DNA from: Thermoanaerobaculia bacterium
Lineage (GTDB): Bacteria > Acidobacteriota > Thermoanaerobaculia > Gp7-AA8
Length of the DNA: 64,000 nt
Assembly (NCBI GenBank): GCA_035999335.1
Contig: DASYGV010000077.1
Coordinates: 7,064-71,063, forward strand
Direction: 5' to 3'
The stretch's first letter is position 1. Each line of letters starts with the position of its first letter. A program made the translations under genes and the position numbers. A model generated the notes under the pieces. The model saw only the letters and a program-made list of their open reading frames with translations, was not told the origin of the DNA and made no database searches. Below are positions 48,193 to 58,217 of this stretch, piece by piece.

Positions 48193-49572
48193 TCAACCCC
48201 CGTCCACCACGGCGATCTGGGTATTGACGCGAATGTTGTCTGGCGCGTCGACGCCCCGCTTCTCGTAATCGGTGAACGTGAGCTTCACCCCGGGGCGGAA
48301 GATGAGGCAATGGGTCGACCCGCCGAAGTGGAACATGCCCAGCTGATCGCCCTTGTTGACGTGGGCACCCGGCTGCACCGTGATCTGGCAGCTCGACACC
48401 TCGGCCATGCCCACCGGCACCACGCACATCAGCCCGATCGCGGGATTGTCGGCCTCGATGAAGATGAGCGCCCGCGTGGCTACGGCTGTGAGAAAGGCCT
48501 GGGAGTCGTTGGGCGCGGCAGGGTCGGGCCCCGAGGGACTGAAGAAGCCCTGGTGAAGGTTCTCGAGATAGTAGGAGCCATTGACCACGTAGGCCTTCTT
48601 GATCGTCCCGCTCACCGGGCTGTGCCAGCGGTGGTAGCTGAGCGCGCTGAGGAACGCTTGATAGACCGTTCCCCCTGAGAACTGCGGCGTGTCGTCGTCC
48701 CAGTTGAGCATGTTCTCGAGCGAGTAGGGCTGACCCTTGAGCCAGAACGAATCCGAGAGCGCGACGTCGTGCCTCACTGCGAGCGGGGCCGACTCGCAGG
48801 CGTTGACGATCACGCTGTCGTCGCCCGCTCCGTACACGGGCCGCACGCCGTCGCGGAAGGTGCGGGTGAAGAAGTCGTCCCAGGACTTGAAGCCGTAATA
48901 GGCGTCGCTGGGGTCGCAGTTGAAGATGTCCGCGAACGTCGCGCCGGGGCCGATGGGGTTGGGTGGCTGGCCAAGGGCCGAGGTGGCCACGCTGACCATC
49001 TCCGCCTGTGCCGCGGGGCTCAGCCACGCGATGGCGTCGTTGGCCGGGTCGTTCTGGACCAGCACGTAGCGCGACTCCTCGGTGACCAGGAACGTCGACC
49101 AGTACTCGAGGATCTTCTTGAGCTGCTGGTTGACCAGTGCGTTCGAGAATACGTCGTAGCCGAAGACGGTGGCCATCGGCCAATCGAGCAAGGCATTGAT
49201 CGGAAACCCGATCATCCCGGCCGGCTGCTGATTCTTGCCTCTTCCCGTCTGATAGGCCTCCGGTGCCGTGAACATGATCGCGTTGAGCAGCACCAGGAAG
49301 TCTTCGAAAGTCTGCGGTTCCGGCTCCCAGGTGAGCGGCGTTCTTTTCTCGAGCCGGTACGCCTCGGCGAACATCCCCTGGACGTTCGCATAGAGCACCG
49401 GGTCGGAGTAGACCATCTGCTGGAATTCCGCGATGGGTCGGATGAGGGGCCTAGGATGCTCGCTCGCGAGCCTCTGTAGCTTCTGAATCCAGCGTTCGAT
49501 CTCCTCGCGGTCTCGGGGCAGCCAGCCGCCCAGACGCGCGTTCCCGGTTCTCTCATGCGTGCTGTCGCTCAT
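48193..49572 (-). CDS. Long-form phosphatidylserine-decarboxylase-family (pyruvoyl) decarboxylase, PsiD-like
   Basis: SYHRWHSPVSG and GMFHFGGST self-cleavage motifs. At 459 aa it is much longer than membrane Psd, and by memory it aligns along its length with fungal PsiD. Confidence 0.8.
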   Translation of the reverse strand: MSDSTHERTGNARLGGWLPRDREEIERWIQKLQRLASEHPRPLIRPIAEFQQMVYSDPVLYANVQGMFAEAYRLEKRTPLTWEPEPQTFEDFLVLLNAIMFTAPEAYQTGRGKNQQPAGMIGFPINALLDWPMATVFGYDVFSNALVNQQLKKILEYWSTFLVTEESRYVLVQNDPANDAIAWLSPAAQAEMVSVATSALGQPPNPIGPGATFADIFNCDPSDAYYGFKSWDDFFTRTFRDGVRPVYGAGDDSVIVNACESAPLAVRHDVALSDSFWLKGQPYSLENMLNWDDDTPQFSGGTVYQAFLSALSYHRWHSPVSGTIKKAYVVNGSYYLENLHQGFFSPSGPDPAAPNDSQAFLTAVATRALIFIEADNPAIGLMCVVPVGMAEVSSCQITVQPGAHVNKGDQLGMFHFGGSTHCLIFRPGVKLTFTDYEKRGVDAPDNIRVNTQIAVVDGG

Positions 49573-49675
49573 CGGCGCGTTCCTCCTGTGATGCGTCCTC
49601 GCTGTAGGAGAGTGGCGTCGTCGAAAATCCCTACCTTCTGGAATGCCGAATCATCGTCGGACACAATCGGCGCGA

Positions 49676-50842
49676 TCAGTCGCCGCAGGCGAGAGGGATC
49701 GTCAATCTCCACATGTCGTTGAGCAGCACCGGCGCGAACTCCGCGGTCGCTCCCCCGAAGATGTAGAGCTCGTAGGCCGTCACGGTCTTGCGAGAGAAGT
49801 AGAACTGGCCGAACCTCGGCGCCGGCGCCGGCCCCGTCATCGCGGTGTCCACGCGCGTCCAGGTTCCCATGTCGAGATTGGCGTCGAGATCGAAGGACCA
49901 GACATCGGACAGGGTGGTCCCGTCGAACCGGCTGCCCCCGAAGAGCCAGATGCGGTTGTTGTCCTCATCAACGATCAGCTTCGCGTTGTCGCGGTGGCCC
50001 GGTCCGCCGGTCTCGTCGAAGACCAGCTGCTTCCAGGTCTCCTTGTGGACGTCGAGCATCCAAAGATCGCCGAGGTAGTTCTCCGGCGTGAACAGACCGG
50101 TCCCGTTCACCGCGTCGTTCGTGTATCCGCCGTAGACGAACAGGGCGTTCCAGCCCTCGGAGTAGACGAGCGGATGATGGGCTCGGGCGCGCGGAGCGGC
50201 AGAGCCGGTCGAAACCTGCTTCCATCCGTTCTTGTAGCGGACCAGGTCGTGCTGGAGGCCGTCCGGACGGTTGACGAAGGCCGGCAGCGTCGACGACGAG
50301 CCCGAGAAGGCGTATGCGACGGTCTTGTGTTTCCCCTTCTCTCGCACGGCAACCGCCTCGGTGGAGCGGTTGGCCCGTCCGATCTCGGCCGCGTTCTGCG
50401 AGATCTCTGTCCACCCTTGCACCAGATCGAACTGGAATGTGTCCTGGTGCGTGAGGTCGAGCCCGCGGCGGAAAGGACCTCTCCCGCCGGAGACGATCAG
50501 CGCGTCGTCCTCGGCGACGGCCCACATCATCGCCTCGGCCCTGGCGGACGGCCCGCCCGGGTACTGGCCGAGGTCGTCCCAGGTCAGCGTGTCGACGTCG
50601 AAGGCGCTGAAACCGGCCACGGGCTCGTCGTTCGGGAAGGTCCCGTTCAACCCGCCGAAGATGTAGAAGACGCCCGCGTGATAGGCGCTCGAACCGTCCC
50701 AGACGGGGTCGGGGACGACGCCGCCCTGCGGAATCTCGGTCCAGTAAGGCAAGCACGACTGAGCGGCGGTCGGGCGAATCCAGGCGAAGGAGAGCAACAG
50801 AAAAGCGACGAGAACGATCCGAAACGGAAGCCTGCTTGTCAT
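49676..50842 (-). CDS. Exported Kelch-repeat beta-propeller protein
   Basis: Internal ATG at 50842 gives a signal peptide. Recurrent (I/V/L)FGG / VYGG blade motifs and W-containing strands. Confidence 0.75.
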   Translation of the reverse strand: MTSRLPFRIVLVAFLLLSFAWIRPTAAQSCLPYWTEIPQGGVVPDPVWDGSSAYHAGVFYIFGGLNGTFPNDEPVAGFSAFDVDTLTWDDLGQYPGGPSARAEAMMWAVAEDDALIVSGGRGPFRRGLDLTHQDTFQFDLVQGWTEISQNAAEIGRANRSTEAVAVREKGKHKTVAYAFSGSSSTLPAFVNRPDGLQHDLVRYKNGWKQVSTGSAAPRARAHHPLVYSEGWNALFVYGGYTNDAVNGTGLFTPENYLGDLWMLDVHKETWKQLVFDETGGPGHRDNAKLIVDEDNNRIWLFGGSRFDGTTLSDVWSFDLDANLDMGTWTRVDTAMTGPAPAPRFGQFYFSRKTVTAYELYIFGGATAEFAPVLLNDMWRLTIPLACGD

Positions 50843-50940
50843 TCGGCTGACTCCTTTGGTTTCCCGCAGCGGTGTCATCATAGCCCCATATTTGCGGATC
50901 GGTGGATAGAAGTACTCTGTCCGCAACAGAAGGAGTCCCC

Positions 50941-53373
50941 ATGAGACATCAGAGAACCCTCCATCGGCTCCCCGTGCTCGGGCTGACGCTCGCCCTGCTG
51001 CTCGGGCTCATGGTGGCGGTCCCCGGCGCCGCCCAGTACGCGAAGGACACCGTCACCTACCAGATCACCAACGTCTCCGGCGCCGCCACCCGTTCGGCCA
51101 TCGCCGCCACCGGTGCGGACATCTTCGAAGTCGGCCATGACTACGTCCTCGTCGAGGCCACGGCGGAGGAAGCTACGGCCCTGACGCAGCAAGGCTTCAC
51201 GCTCGTGAAGTTCCGAACGCAGGACGAGTTCGAGGAAGCCTTTCCGCCGGCCGACTCGAACTATCACGACTATGCGGAGATGGTGGCGGAGCTGCAGCAG
51301 GCCGCGCTCGACCATCCGGCAATCTTCTCGCTGTTCAGCCTCGGCATCTCGTATCAGGGGCGGACGGTGTGGGCCGGCAAGATCTCCGACAACGTGGACA
51401 CCGACGAGGACGAGCCCGAGGTGCTGTTCACGCACCATCAACATGCGCGCGAGCATCTGACCGTCGAGATGGCCCTCTACACCCTGCGCATGCTGACCGA
51501 TGAATACGGTACTGATTCGCAGATCACCAATATGGTGGACGGCCGTGAGATCTGGCTCGTTTTCGACGTGAATCCTGACGGTGGCGAGTACGACATCGCC
51601 ACCGGCAGCTACGGTTCCTGGCGCAAGAACCGCCAGCCCAACGCCGGCTCGAGCGCCATCGGCACCGATTTGAACCGCAACTGGGGCTACCTCTGGGGCT
51701 GCTGCGGCGGCAGCAGCGGCACGCCGAGCAGCTCGACCTACCGCGGCGCGTCGGCCTTCTCGGCTCCCGAGACCCAGGTCGTGCGAGACTTCGTCAACAG
51801 CCGCGTGATCGGCGGCGAGCAGCAGATCACCACTCATATCGACTTTCACACTTTCGGTGAGCTGGTCATGTGGCCCTACGGCTACACCTTCACCGACGTG
51901 CCGGCCGACATCACTCAGGACGATCACGACACGTTCGTGGCCATGGGCCAGGCCATGGCCTCGACGAACGGCTACACGCCACAACAGATGAGCGATCTGT
52001 ACATCACCGATGGGACGATCTGCGACTGGCTGTACGGCGCCCACCAGATCTTCTCGTACACCTTCGAGATGTACCCGGTGACCTCGGGGCAAGGGGGCTT
52101 CTATCCGCCGGACGAAGTGATCCCGGCCCAGACCGCCCGCAACCGCGCCTCGGTCTTGTATCTGCTCGAGCAGTCCGCCTGCCCGTATGCCGTGATCGGC
52201 AAGCAGGGGCAGTATTGCAACGTGCTGCCGGGCGCGCCGGGTGCGCTCACGGCCACGGCGGGCTCGGAGCAGATCAGCCTCACCTGGACCGCCGCCAGCG
52301 GCGCGACTCTCTACAACATCCACCGCGGCGACGCGAGCGGCGGGCCGTACACGCCCATCCAGAGCGACTGGCCCGGCACGAGCTTCACCGACACCGGTCT
52401 GACGAATGGGACCCCCTATTTCTACGTGGTGACCGCCACGAACGCCACCGGCGAGGGCCCTGCTTCGAACGAAGCCTCGGCCACGCCGTTCGAGCCGGTA
52501 TCAACCACCACCGCCCTCGCCTCCGCGCCCAACTCTTCGACGTTCGGACAATCCGTCACCTTCACGGCGACCATCACCTCCGGCAGCGGCGTGCCCGCGG
52601 GCACCGTCACGTTCACCGAGGGGGCGACCGTCTGGGCATCTAACGTCGCGGTCAACGGTGCCGGCCAGGCATCGTTCAGCACCACGGCGCTCACCGTGGG
52701 TAGCCATACCCTCACGGCCACCTTCACCGGCGCCAGCGGCTGGTTGGGTAGCAGCGGCACGAACGGCGGCGCGCCGCAGATCGTGAATCCGGCTCCCATC
52801 ACGGTGACCTTCACTTCGGGGGGCGCCCAGGACGGCTGGGTGCTGGAGTCGGGCGAGACCTCCAACGTCGGCGGCTCGCTCAATGCCACCAGCAGCAACA
52901 GCAGCGCTTTGCGGGTGGGCGACAACAACCAGGACCGGCAGTACAAGACCGTGGTTTCGTTCGACACCTCGTCGATCCCCGACGGCGCCACGATCGTGTC
53001 GGTGACCCTGCGTCTACTCCGCGGCTCGCTGACCGGTACCAACCCCTTCACCACGCACGGGACCTGCTGGGTCGACGTGCAGAACGGCAGCGGCTTCTCG
53101 GGGTCGACGACTCTGCAGAACGGGGACTTCCAGGCGGCGGCCACCGCCGTCCAGGCGGCGACTCTGAGCAACGCCGCGTCCAACGGCACTTGGTCGACCG
53201 GCACCCTGAACGCCGCGGGCCTTGCAGCCGTGAACAAGACCGGGACGACGCAGCTGCGCGTCTCGTTCAACCTCGACGACAACGACGACACGAACAACGA
53301 CTATCTCGGTTACTACTCCGGTGAAAACGGGACCGCGGCCAACCGGCCGCAACTCGTGGTGACGTATCAGTAG
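50941..53373 (+). CDS. Secreted M14 zinc carboxypeptidase with FN3, Ig-like and C-terminal beta domains (copy 1)
   Basis: Signal peptide; [10 protein letters not shown] zinc motif; FN3-like [17 protein letters not shown]...[11 protein letters not shown]; Ig-like [18 protein letters not shown]. Confidence 0.85.
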   Translation: MRHQRTLHRLPVLGLTLALLLGLMVAVPGAAQYAKDTVTYQITNVSGAATRSAIAATGADIFEVGHDYVLVEATAEEATALTQQGFTLVKFRTQDEFEEAFPPADSNYHDYAEMVAELQQAALDHPAIFSLFSLGISYQGRTVWAGKISDNVDTDEDEPEVLFTHHQHAREHLTVEMALYTLRMLTDEYGTDSQITNMVDGREIWLVFDVNPDGGEYDIATGSYGSWRKNRQPNAGSSAIGTDLNRNWGYLWGCCGGSSGTPSSSTYRGASAFSAPETQVVRDFVNSRVIGGEQQITTHIDFHTFGELVMWPYGYTFTDVPADITQDDHDTFVAMGQAMASTNGYTPQQMSDLYITDGTICDWLYGAHQIFSYTFEMYPVTSGQGGFYPPDEVIPAQTARNRASVLYLLEQSACPYAVIGKQGQYCNVLPGAPGALTATAGSEQISLTWTAASGATLYNIHRGDASGGPYTPIQSDWPGTSFTDTGLTNGTPYFYVVTATNATGEGPASNEASATPFEPVSTTTALASAPNSSTFGQSVTFTATITSGSGVPAGTVTFTEGATVWASNVAVNGAGQASFSTTALTVGSHTLTATFTGASGWLGSSGTNGGAPQIVNPAPITVTFTSGGAQDGWVLESGETSNVGGSLNATSSNSSALRVGDNNQDRQYKTVVSFDTSSIPDGATIVSVTLRLLRGSLTGTNPFTTHGTCWVDVQNGSGFSGSTTLQNGDFQAAATAVQAATLSNAASNGTWSTGTLNAAGLAAVNKTGTTQLRVSFNLDDNDDTNNDYLGYYSGENGTAANRPQLVVTYQ

Positions 53374-53395
53374 ACGCGGTCAACAGGAGTTGCGT

Positions 53396-55810
53396 ATGAA
53401 GTTCCATCGGGTGCTCACCGGCTTTCTCTTCATTGTGTTGGCGTTCGTCCTCACGGCGCCCGCCGCCGCGCAATCCGCGAAAGAGACCGAGACGTACAAG
53501 ATCTCCGGTGTCCATGACGCCGTCGCGCGCTCGATCATTGTCAGCACGGGTGCCGACATCTTCGAGGTCGGCCACGATTACGTCCTCGTCGAGGCCACGG
53601 CGGCGGAAGCCGCGGCGCTGCTGCAGTCGGGCTTCACGCTGGTGAAGTTCTCGACGCAAGACGAATTCGAGAATGCCTTTCCGCCGGCCGACTCGAACTA
53701 TCACGACTATGCCGAGATGGTGGCGGAGCTGCAGCAGGCCGCGCTCGATCATCCGGCGATCTTCTCGCTGTTCAGCCTCGGCGTCTCGTACCAGGGTCGC
53801 ACCATCTGGGCCGGCAAGATCTCCGACAACGTCGGCACCGACGAAGACGAGCCCGAAGTGTTGTTCACGCACCATCAGCATGCGCGCGAGCATCTCACCA
53901 TCGAGATGGCCCTCTATACCCTGCGCATCCTCACCGACGAATACGGCACCGATCCCCAGATCACCGGTCTGGTGGGCGGGCGCGAGATCTGGATGGTCTT
54001 CGACCTGAATCCGGACGGCGGCGAGTACGACATCGCCACCGGGAGCTACGTCTCGTGGCGCAAGAACCGGCAGCCGAATGCCGGCACGAGCGCGATCGGC
54101 ACCGACTTGAATCGCAACTGGGGCTACCTCTGGGGTTGCTGCGGCGGCAGCAGCGGCACGCCGAGCAGCGAGACCTATCGCGGTGCGTCGGCTTTCTCGG
54201 CGCCAGAGACGCAGGTCGTGCGCGACTTCGTCAACGGTCGTGTGATCGGCGGTACGCAGCAGATCAGGGCCCAAATCGACTTCCACACCTACGGTGAGCT
54301 GGTCATGTGGCCCTATGGCTACACCTTCACCGACGTGCCGGCAGACATGACCCAGGACGATCACGACACGTTCGTGGCGATGGGCCAGGCCATGGCCGCG
54401 ACGAACGGCTACACGCCGCAACAGGGCAGCGATCTGTACATCACGGACGGGTCGATCCGCGACTGGCTGTACGGCGTGCACCACCTCTTCTCCTTCACCT
54501 TCGAGATGTACCCGGTGACCTCCGGGCAGGGAGGTTTCTATCCGCCGGACGAGGTGATCCCGGCCCAGACCACGCGCAACCGCGCCGCGATCCTCTATCT
54601 GCTCGAGCAGTCCGCCTGCCCGTATGCCGTGATCGGCAAGCAGGGCCAGTACTGCAACCTGCCGCCAGGCGCGCCGGGTGCGCTCTCAGCCACGGCGGGC
54701 GACGGACAGATCGGCCTGACCTGGACCGCCGCGAGCGGCGCGACCCTCTACAACATCCACCGCGGCGAGGCGACCGGCGGCCCATACACGCCAATCCAGA
54801 TCGACTGGCCCGGCACGAGCTTCACGGACACCGGCCTGACCAACGGGACCCCGTACTACTACGTGGTGACCGCCACCAACACGGCCGGCGAGGGACCGGC
54901 ATCGAACGAGGCCTCGGCCACGCCGTTCACGTCGGTCGCGACCAGCACGGCGCTCGCCTCCGCGCCCAACCCTTCGACGTTCGGACAATCCGTCACCTTC
55001 ACGGCGACCATCACCTCCGGCAGCGGCGTGCCTGCAGGCACCGTCACGTTCACCGAGGGCGCCACCACGTGGGTCTCGAACGTCACGGTCAACGGCGCCG
55101 GCCAGGCCGCGTTCAACACCACCGCGCTCAGCGTGGGGAGCCACACGCTCACCGCCACGTTCACCGGCGCCAGCGGCTGGTTAGGGAGCAGCGGCACCAA
55201 CGGTGGCTCGCCGCAAGTCGTGAATCCCGCTCCCATCACGGTGACCTTCACTTCCGGGGGCTCTCAGGATGGCTGGGTGCTGGAGTCGGGCGAAAACACC
55301 AACGTCGGCGGCTCGCTCAGTGCCACCAGCAGCAACAGCAGCGCGCTACGCGTGGGCGACAACAACCAGGACCGGCAGTACAAGACCGTGGTTTCGTTCG
55401 ACACCTCGTCGATCCCCGACGGCGCCACGATCGTATCGGTGACCCTGCGCCTGTTGCGCGGCTCGCTCACCGGCACCAACCCCTTCACCACCCACGGCAC
55501 CTGCCGGGTCGACGTGCAGAACGGCAGCGGCTTCTCCGGATCGACGACCCTCCAGAACGGAGACTTCCAGGCCACGGCCACCGCCGTCCAGGCGGCGAGC
55601 CTGAGCAACGCCGCGTCCAACGGCACTTGGTCGACCGGCAGCCTGAATGCCGCGGGCCTTGCAGCCGTGAACAAGACGGGGACGACGCAGTTGCGCGTCT
55701 CGTTCAACCTCGACGACAACGACGACACGGGCAACGACTATCTCGGCTACTACTCCGGCGAAAACGGGACCGCGGCCAACCGGCCGCAGCTCGTGGTCAC
55801 CTACCAGTAA
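53396..55810 (+). CDS. Secreted M14 zinc carboxypeptidase paralog (copy 2, tandem duplicate)
   Basis: ATG at 53396, 6 nt after AGGAG. Same domain order as copy 1 with long identical peptide stretches. Confidence 0.85.
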   Translation: MKFHRVLTGFLFIVLAFVLTAPAAAQSAKETETYKISGVHDAVARSIIVSTGADIFEVGHDYVLVEATAAEAAALLQSGFTLVKFSTQDEFENAFPPADSNYHDYAEMVAELQQAALDHPAIFSLFSLGVSYQGRTIWAGKISDNVGTDEDEPEVLFTHHQHAREHLTIEMALYTLRILTDEYGTDPQITGLVGGREIWMVFDLNPDGGEYDIATGSYVSWRKNRQPNAGTSAIGTDLNRNWGYLWGCCGGSSGTPSSETYRGASAFSAPETQVVRDFVNGRVIGGTQQIRAQIDFHTYGELVMWPYGYTFTDVPADMTQDDHDTFVAMGQAMAATNGYTPQQGSDLYITDGSIRDWLYGVHHLFSFTFEMYPVTSGQGGFYPPDEVIPAQTTRNRAAILYLLEQSACPYAVIGKQGQYCNLPPGAPGALSATAGDGQIGLTWTAASGATLYNIHRGEATGGPYTPIQIDWPGTSFTDTGLTNGTPYYYVVTATNTAGEGPASNEASATPFTSVATSTALASAPNPSTFGQSVTFTATITSGSGVPAGTVTFTEGATTWVSNVTVNGAGQAAFNTTALSVGSHTLTATFTGASGWLGSSGTNGGSPQVVNPAPITVTFTSGGSQDGWVLESGENTNVGGSLSATSSNSSALRVGDNNQDRQYKTVVSFDTSSIPDGATIVSVTLRLLRGSLTGTNPFTTHGTCRVDVQNGSGFSGSTTLQNGDFQATATAVQAASLSNAASNGTWSTGSLNAAGLAAVNKTGTTQLRVSFNLDDNDDTGNDYLGYYSGENGTAANRPQLVVTYQ

Positions 55811-55920
55811 CCACCACGGACTGGGCCGGGACGAACCACCGAGGTGGTCTGTCCCGGCCACAGTGAGAGCGAAGCTGGATGAGGGCGTATCTTTCGGTTC
55901 ATCCGCGAACCCTGCCCCCA

Positions 55921-56100
55921 CACCGCCCTCGGAACTCGCAACCCGCAACTCGCCACTCCTCCGAATCACCGCGATCAACACATCGTCATCCGGCACGACC
56001 GCCCGCTTCCTGGCGTTCTTTCCTCCGTGACTAGCGATCGTCTCGCCATGTCGTCGTAGGTCGCTGTCCACACCGTGCGGGCCAAGGATGTAGTGAGCAC
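55921..56100 (-). pseudogene. Truncated copy of the 3' end of a SpoIIE/PP2C phosphatase gene
   Basis: 55921-56001 matches 57031-57111 with 7 mismatches in 81 nt (hand alignment) and encodes VVPDDDVLIAVIRRSGELRVAS. Similarity fades toward 56100. Confidence 0.55.
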
Positions 56101-56104
56101 TCTG

Positions 56105-56332
56105 GTGCAGGTCTCGGCGCCGCTGGGCCATGTGGATCTCGCGCTGCAGGTGTTCGAGGGGATGATGGTGCGCGCCTCCGCTGCGCTGTCCTCCTGAGTC
56201 GCGTAGACGACGAAGGACTGCGTGCATTGGGCGCTTCGCGCGCGATCGGAAGGGGATCGGCTTTCGCGCTTCGCCGTTCCTGGCCGCCGCGATCACTCGC
56301 GTTTCGCGACAACCGGTCGCAATGTAACCTCC
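56105..56332 (+). pseudogene. Truncated copy of the 3' end of the YitJ-like gene plus its downstream repeat
   Basis: Aligns with 46329-46526. The core GCCGCTGGGCC..GTGGATCTCGCGCTGCAGGTGTTCGAGGGGATGA has 2 mismatches in 47 nt, followed by a degenerate family-1 arm. Confidence 0.6.
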
Positions 56333-56433
56333 GGCGCAACTGAGTTTGTCTTCGACTCTTGCGCCCGCTGAAAGTTACGGACTGGTTGGCGCTGGTGAGC
56401 GCTACCGTTGGGCGCACGAGAAACCGCCGAGCG

Positions 56434-56748
56434 TCAGTCAAACTTGAGCCGAGTACGCCAATAGTTCGGCTTTCGACTTGTGTGCGCCAAGGCCACGATC
56501 TGCAGGTGACCGCTGCGCTGCCGGTAGACCACAAAGAAGGGGAAGTGTCGCAGCGGAAAGCGACGGACGAGACCACGAGTGCGGCTTACGGATTCTCCAA
56601 TCTCCGGGTGAGCGGAAATCAGATCGGCCGCCCCTTGAATGTCTTGCCACAATCTGTCGCCCAGTCCAGGCGATTCAGACTCATATCGGCGCAGTTAATA
56701 CTCAATTTCGTCCTGAGCGAACGAACTTGGGTGGACCGGTATGGTCAC
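56434..56748 (-). pseudogene. ParE/RelE-family toxin gene with an in-frame TAA at codon 18
   Basis: GTG at 56748 overlaps the antitoxin stop (GTGA). Translation is VTIPVHPSSFAQDEIEY*LRRYESESPGLGDRLWQDI...RRFPLRHFPFFVVYRQ..IVALAHTSR, with TAA at 56695-56697. Confidence 0.6.
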
Positions 56749-56978
56749 CGGCCGAACACGTCCCGTTCAATTCGCGCGCGGAACTCATTCCAGTCCGACG
56801 TAACCGCGTCGCCACTGTCGAGCGCAGCACATCGACGCTCGATCTCACGCGCCCATGCCTCGTCGACACCTTCACGATCGGAGTCGTCGAGACTTTGGAG
56901 CAGTCGCGCCGCTATCTCCGCGCGATCGTGCTCGGGTAACTCCAGCGCGATTGTCAGAACCTTCTTGGCGTCATCCAT
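56745..56978 (-). CDS. Addiction-module antitoxin (Unstab_antitox-like)
   Basis: LELPEHDRAEIAARLLQSLD...VDEAWAREIERR pattern typical of the putative addiction module component family. Confidence 0.7.
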   Translation of the reverse strand: MDDAKKVLTIALELPEHDRAEIAARLLQSLDDSDREGVDEAWAREIERRCAALDSGDAVTSDWNEFRARIERDVFGR

Positions 56979-56995
56979 CGCCGCTCGAGTTTAGT

Positions 56996-58158
56996 TCAAG
57001 ACGGCGAGGATCCGATGGCCGAACCACCCTCGGCACTCGCAACCCGCAACTCGCCACTCCTCCTGATCACCGCGATCGACACATCGTCATCCGGCACCAC
57101 CGATCCAATGTACGTTCGCCACTCGCCGAGGATCGATTCGATCAGCGACGCCGCGGAGGCATCCGGATGCCATCCGGCGACCACTTCGACGTAGGCGTCC
57201 CCGAACTCCTTCTCCTGAAGGTTGCGCGCTTCGGTGAGGCCGTCCGAGTGGAGGAGGAGGCGCTCGCCGGGGGCGAGGGTGCCGGAGGTGACTTGCCAGG
57301 TGAGGTTGGCTTTGACGCCGAGGGGATAGGCGCCGCGGCCGATGCGCTCGGTGACGCGGCCCGCGGCGTCGATCTTCAGTACCGGCGGGTGGCCGGCGAT
57401 CATCGCGAGATACGTGCCGTCCGGTTGGAGCAGGAAATAGCAGCAGGAGAAGAATGAGCGCGAGCCGCCGGTGCGGCAGAGAATGCGATTGAGCGACGCC
57501 GTGATCGCCGCGGGCGACGGATCGACTTCGAGCTGCGTGCGGAACGCCGCGTGCGCGACGGCCATCACCAGGCCCGCGGCCATGCCGTGTCCGGATGCGT
57601 CGCCGAACAGCACGGCGAGGCTGCCGTCGGGCATCGGGACGAAATCGTAAATGTCGCCGCCGACTGTGTTCGCGATGCGATTGAAGGCCGCGATGTCCCA
57701 CTGCTCAGTGCGCGGCATCTGGTGCGGGATGAGGCTGGCCTGCAGGTCGCGCGCGAGTTGCAGCTCGTCGCGGTACTTCAGTTTGTCGATCAGCTCCATC
57801 GCCAGCAGCAACACCATCAACAGAAACGTCGCCGCGATCTCGAGCAGCGTCCAGAGCGGCGGCTGCTCCATCTGCGACGTCAGGGAGAGGAGGCAGACGA
57901 AGAAGAAGACGAACGCGATCGCGAAGAGGATGCGCCGGTGCGGTGCGAGGCGCTTGGCCAGCCCGTAGAAGATCGCGCTGACCGTGCGCACCCAGCGCCG
58001 CAAACGCCTCGGCTCCCGCTCGATGGACGCGCTGTGCTCGGCCATGAGCATCTTCCGCGTCTCCGGCCACTCGAGCGAATAGAGATTCGTCACGTCGTCC
58101 GAGGTGAGGGACGTGAACGTGCTCTTGCCGAGGTCGAGCCAGTCGCGCAGGCGGGCCA
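56996..58158 (-). CDS. Membrane-associated SpoIIE/PP2C-family protein phosphatase
   Basis: Two TM helices then GGDIYDF, FGDASGHGMAAG, LLHSDGLTEA, DDVSIAVIRR motifs. Start uncertain: GTG at 58158 preferred over the ORF maximum of 58294, which would overlap the divergent kinase. Confidence 0.7.
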
Positions 58159-58217
58159 CAGGGGGATTGTACGGAGTGATGGACTTTGAGTTGCGAGACG
58201 AGGGATACACTCCGCGA

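Noticed and set aside
39950-56400. Search for integrase, transposase, recombinase or relaxase genes to explain the AT-richer islets and the duplicated locus
   Set aside because: No ORF in or around these regions shows tyrosine or serine recombinase or DDE transposase motifs, so no mobile_element feature is called. Acquisition is inferred only from composition and duplicated flanks.
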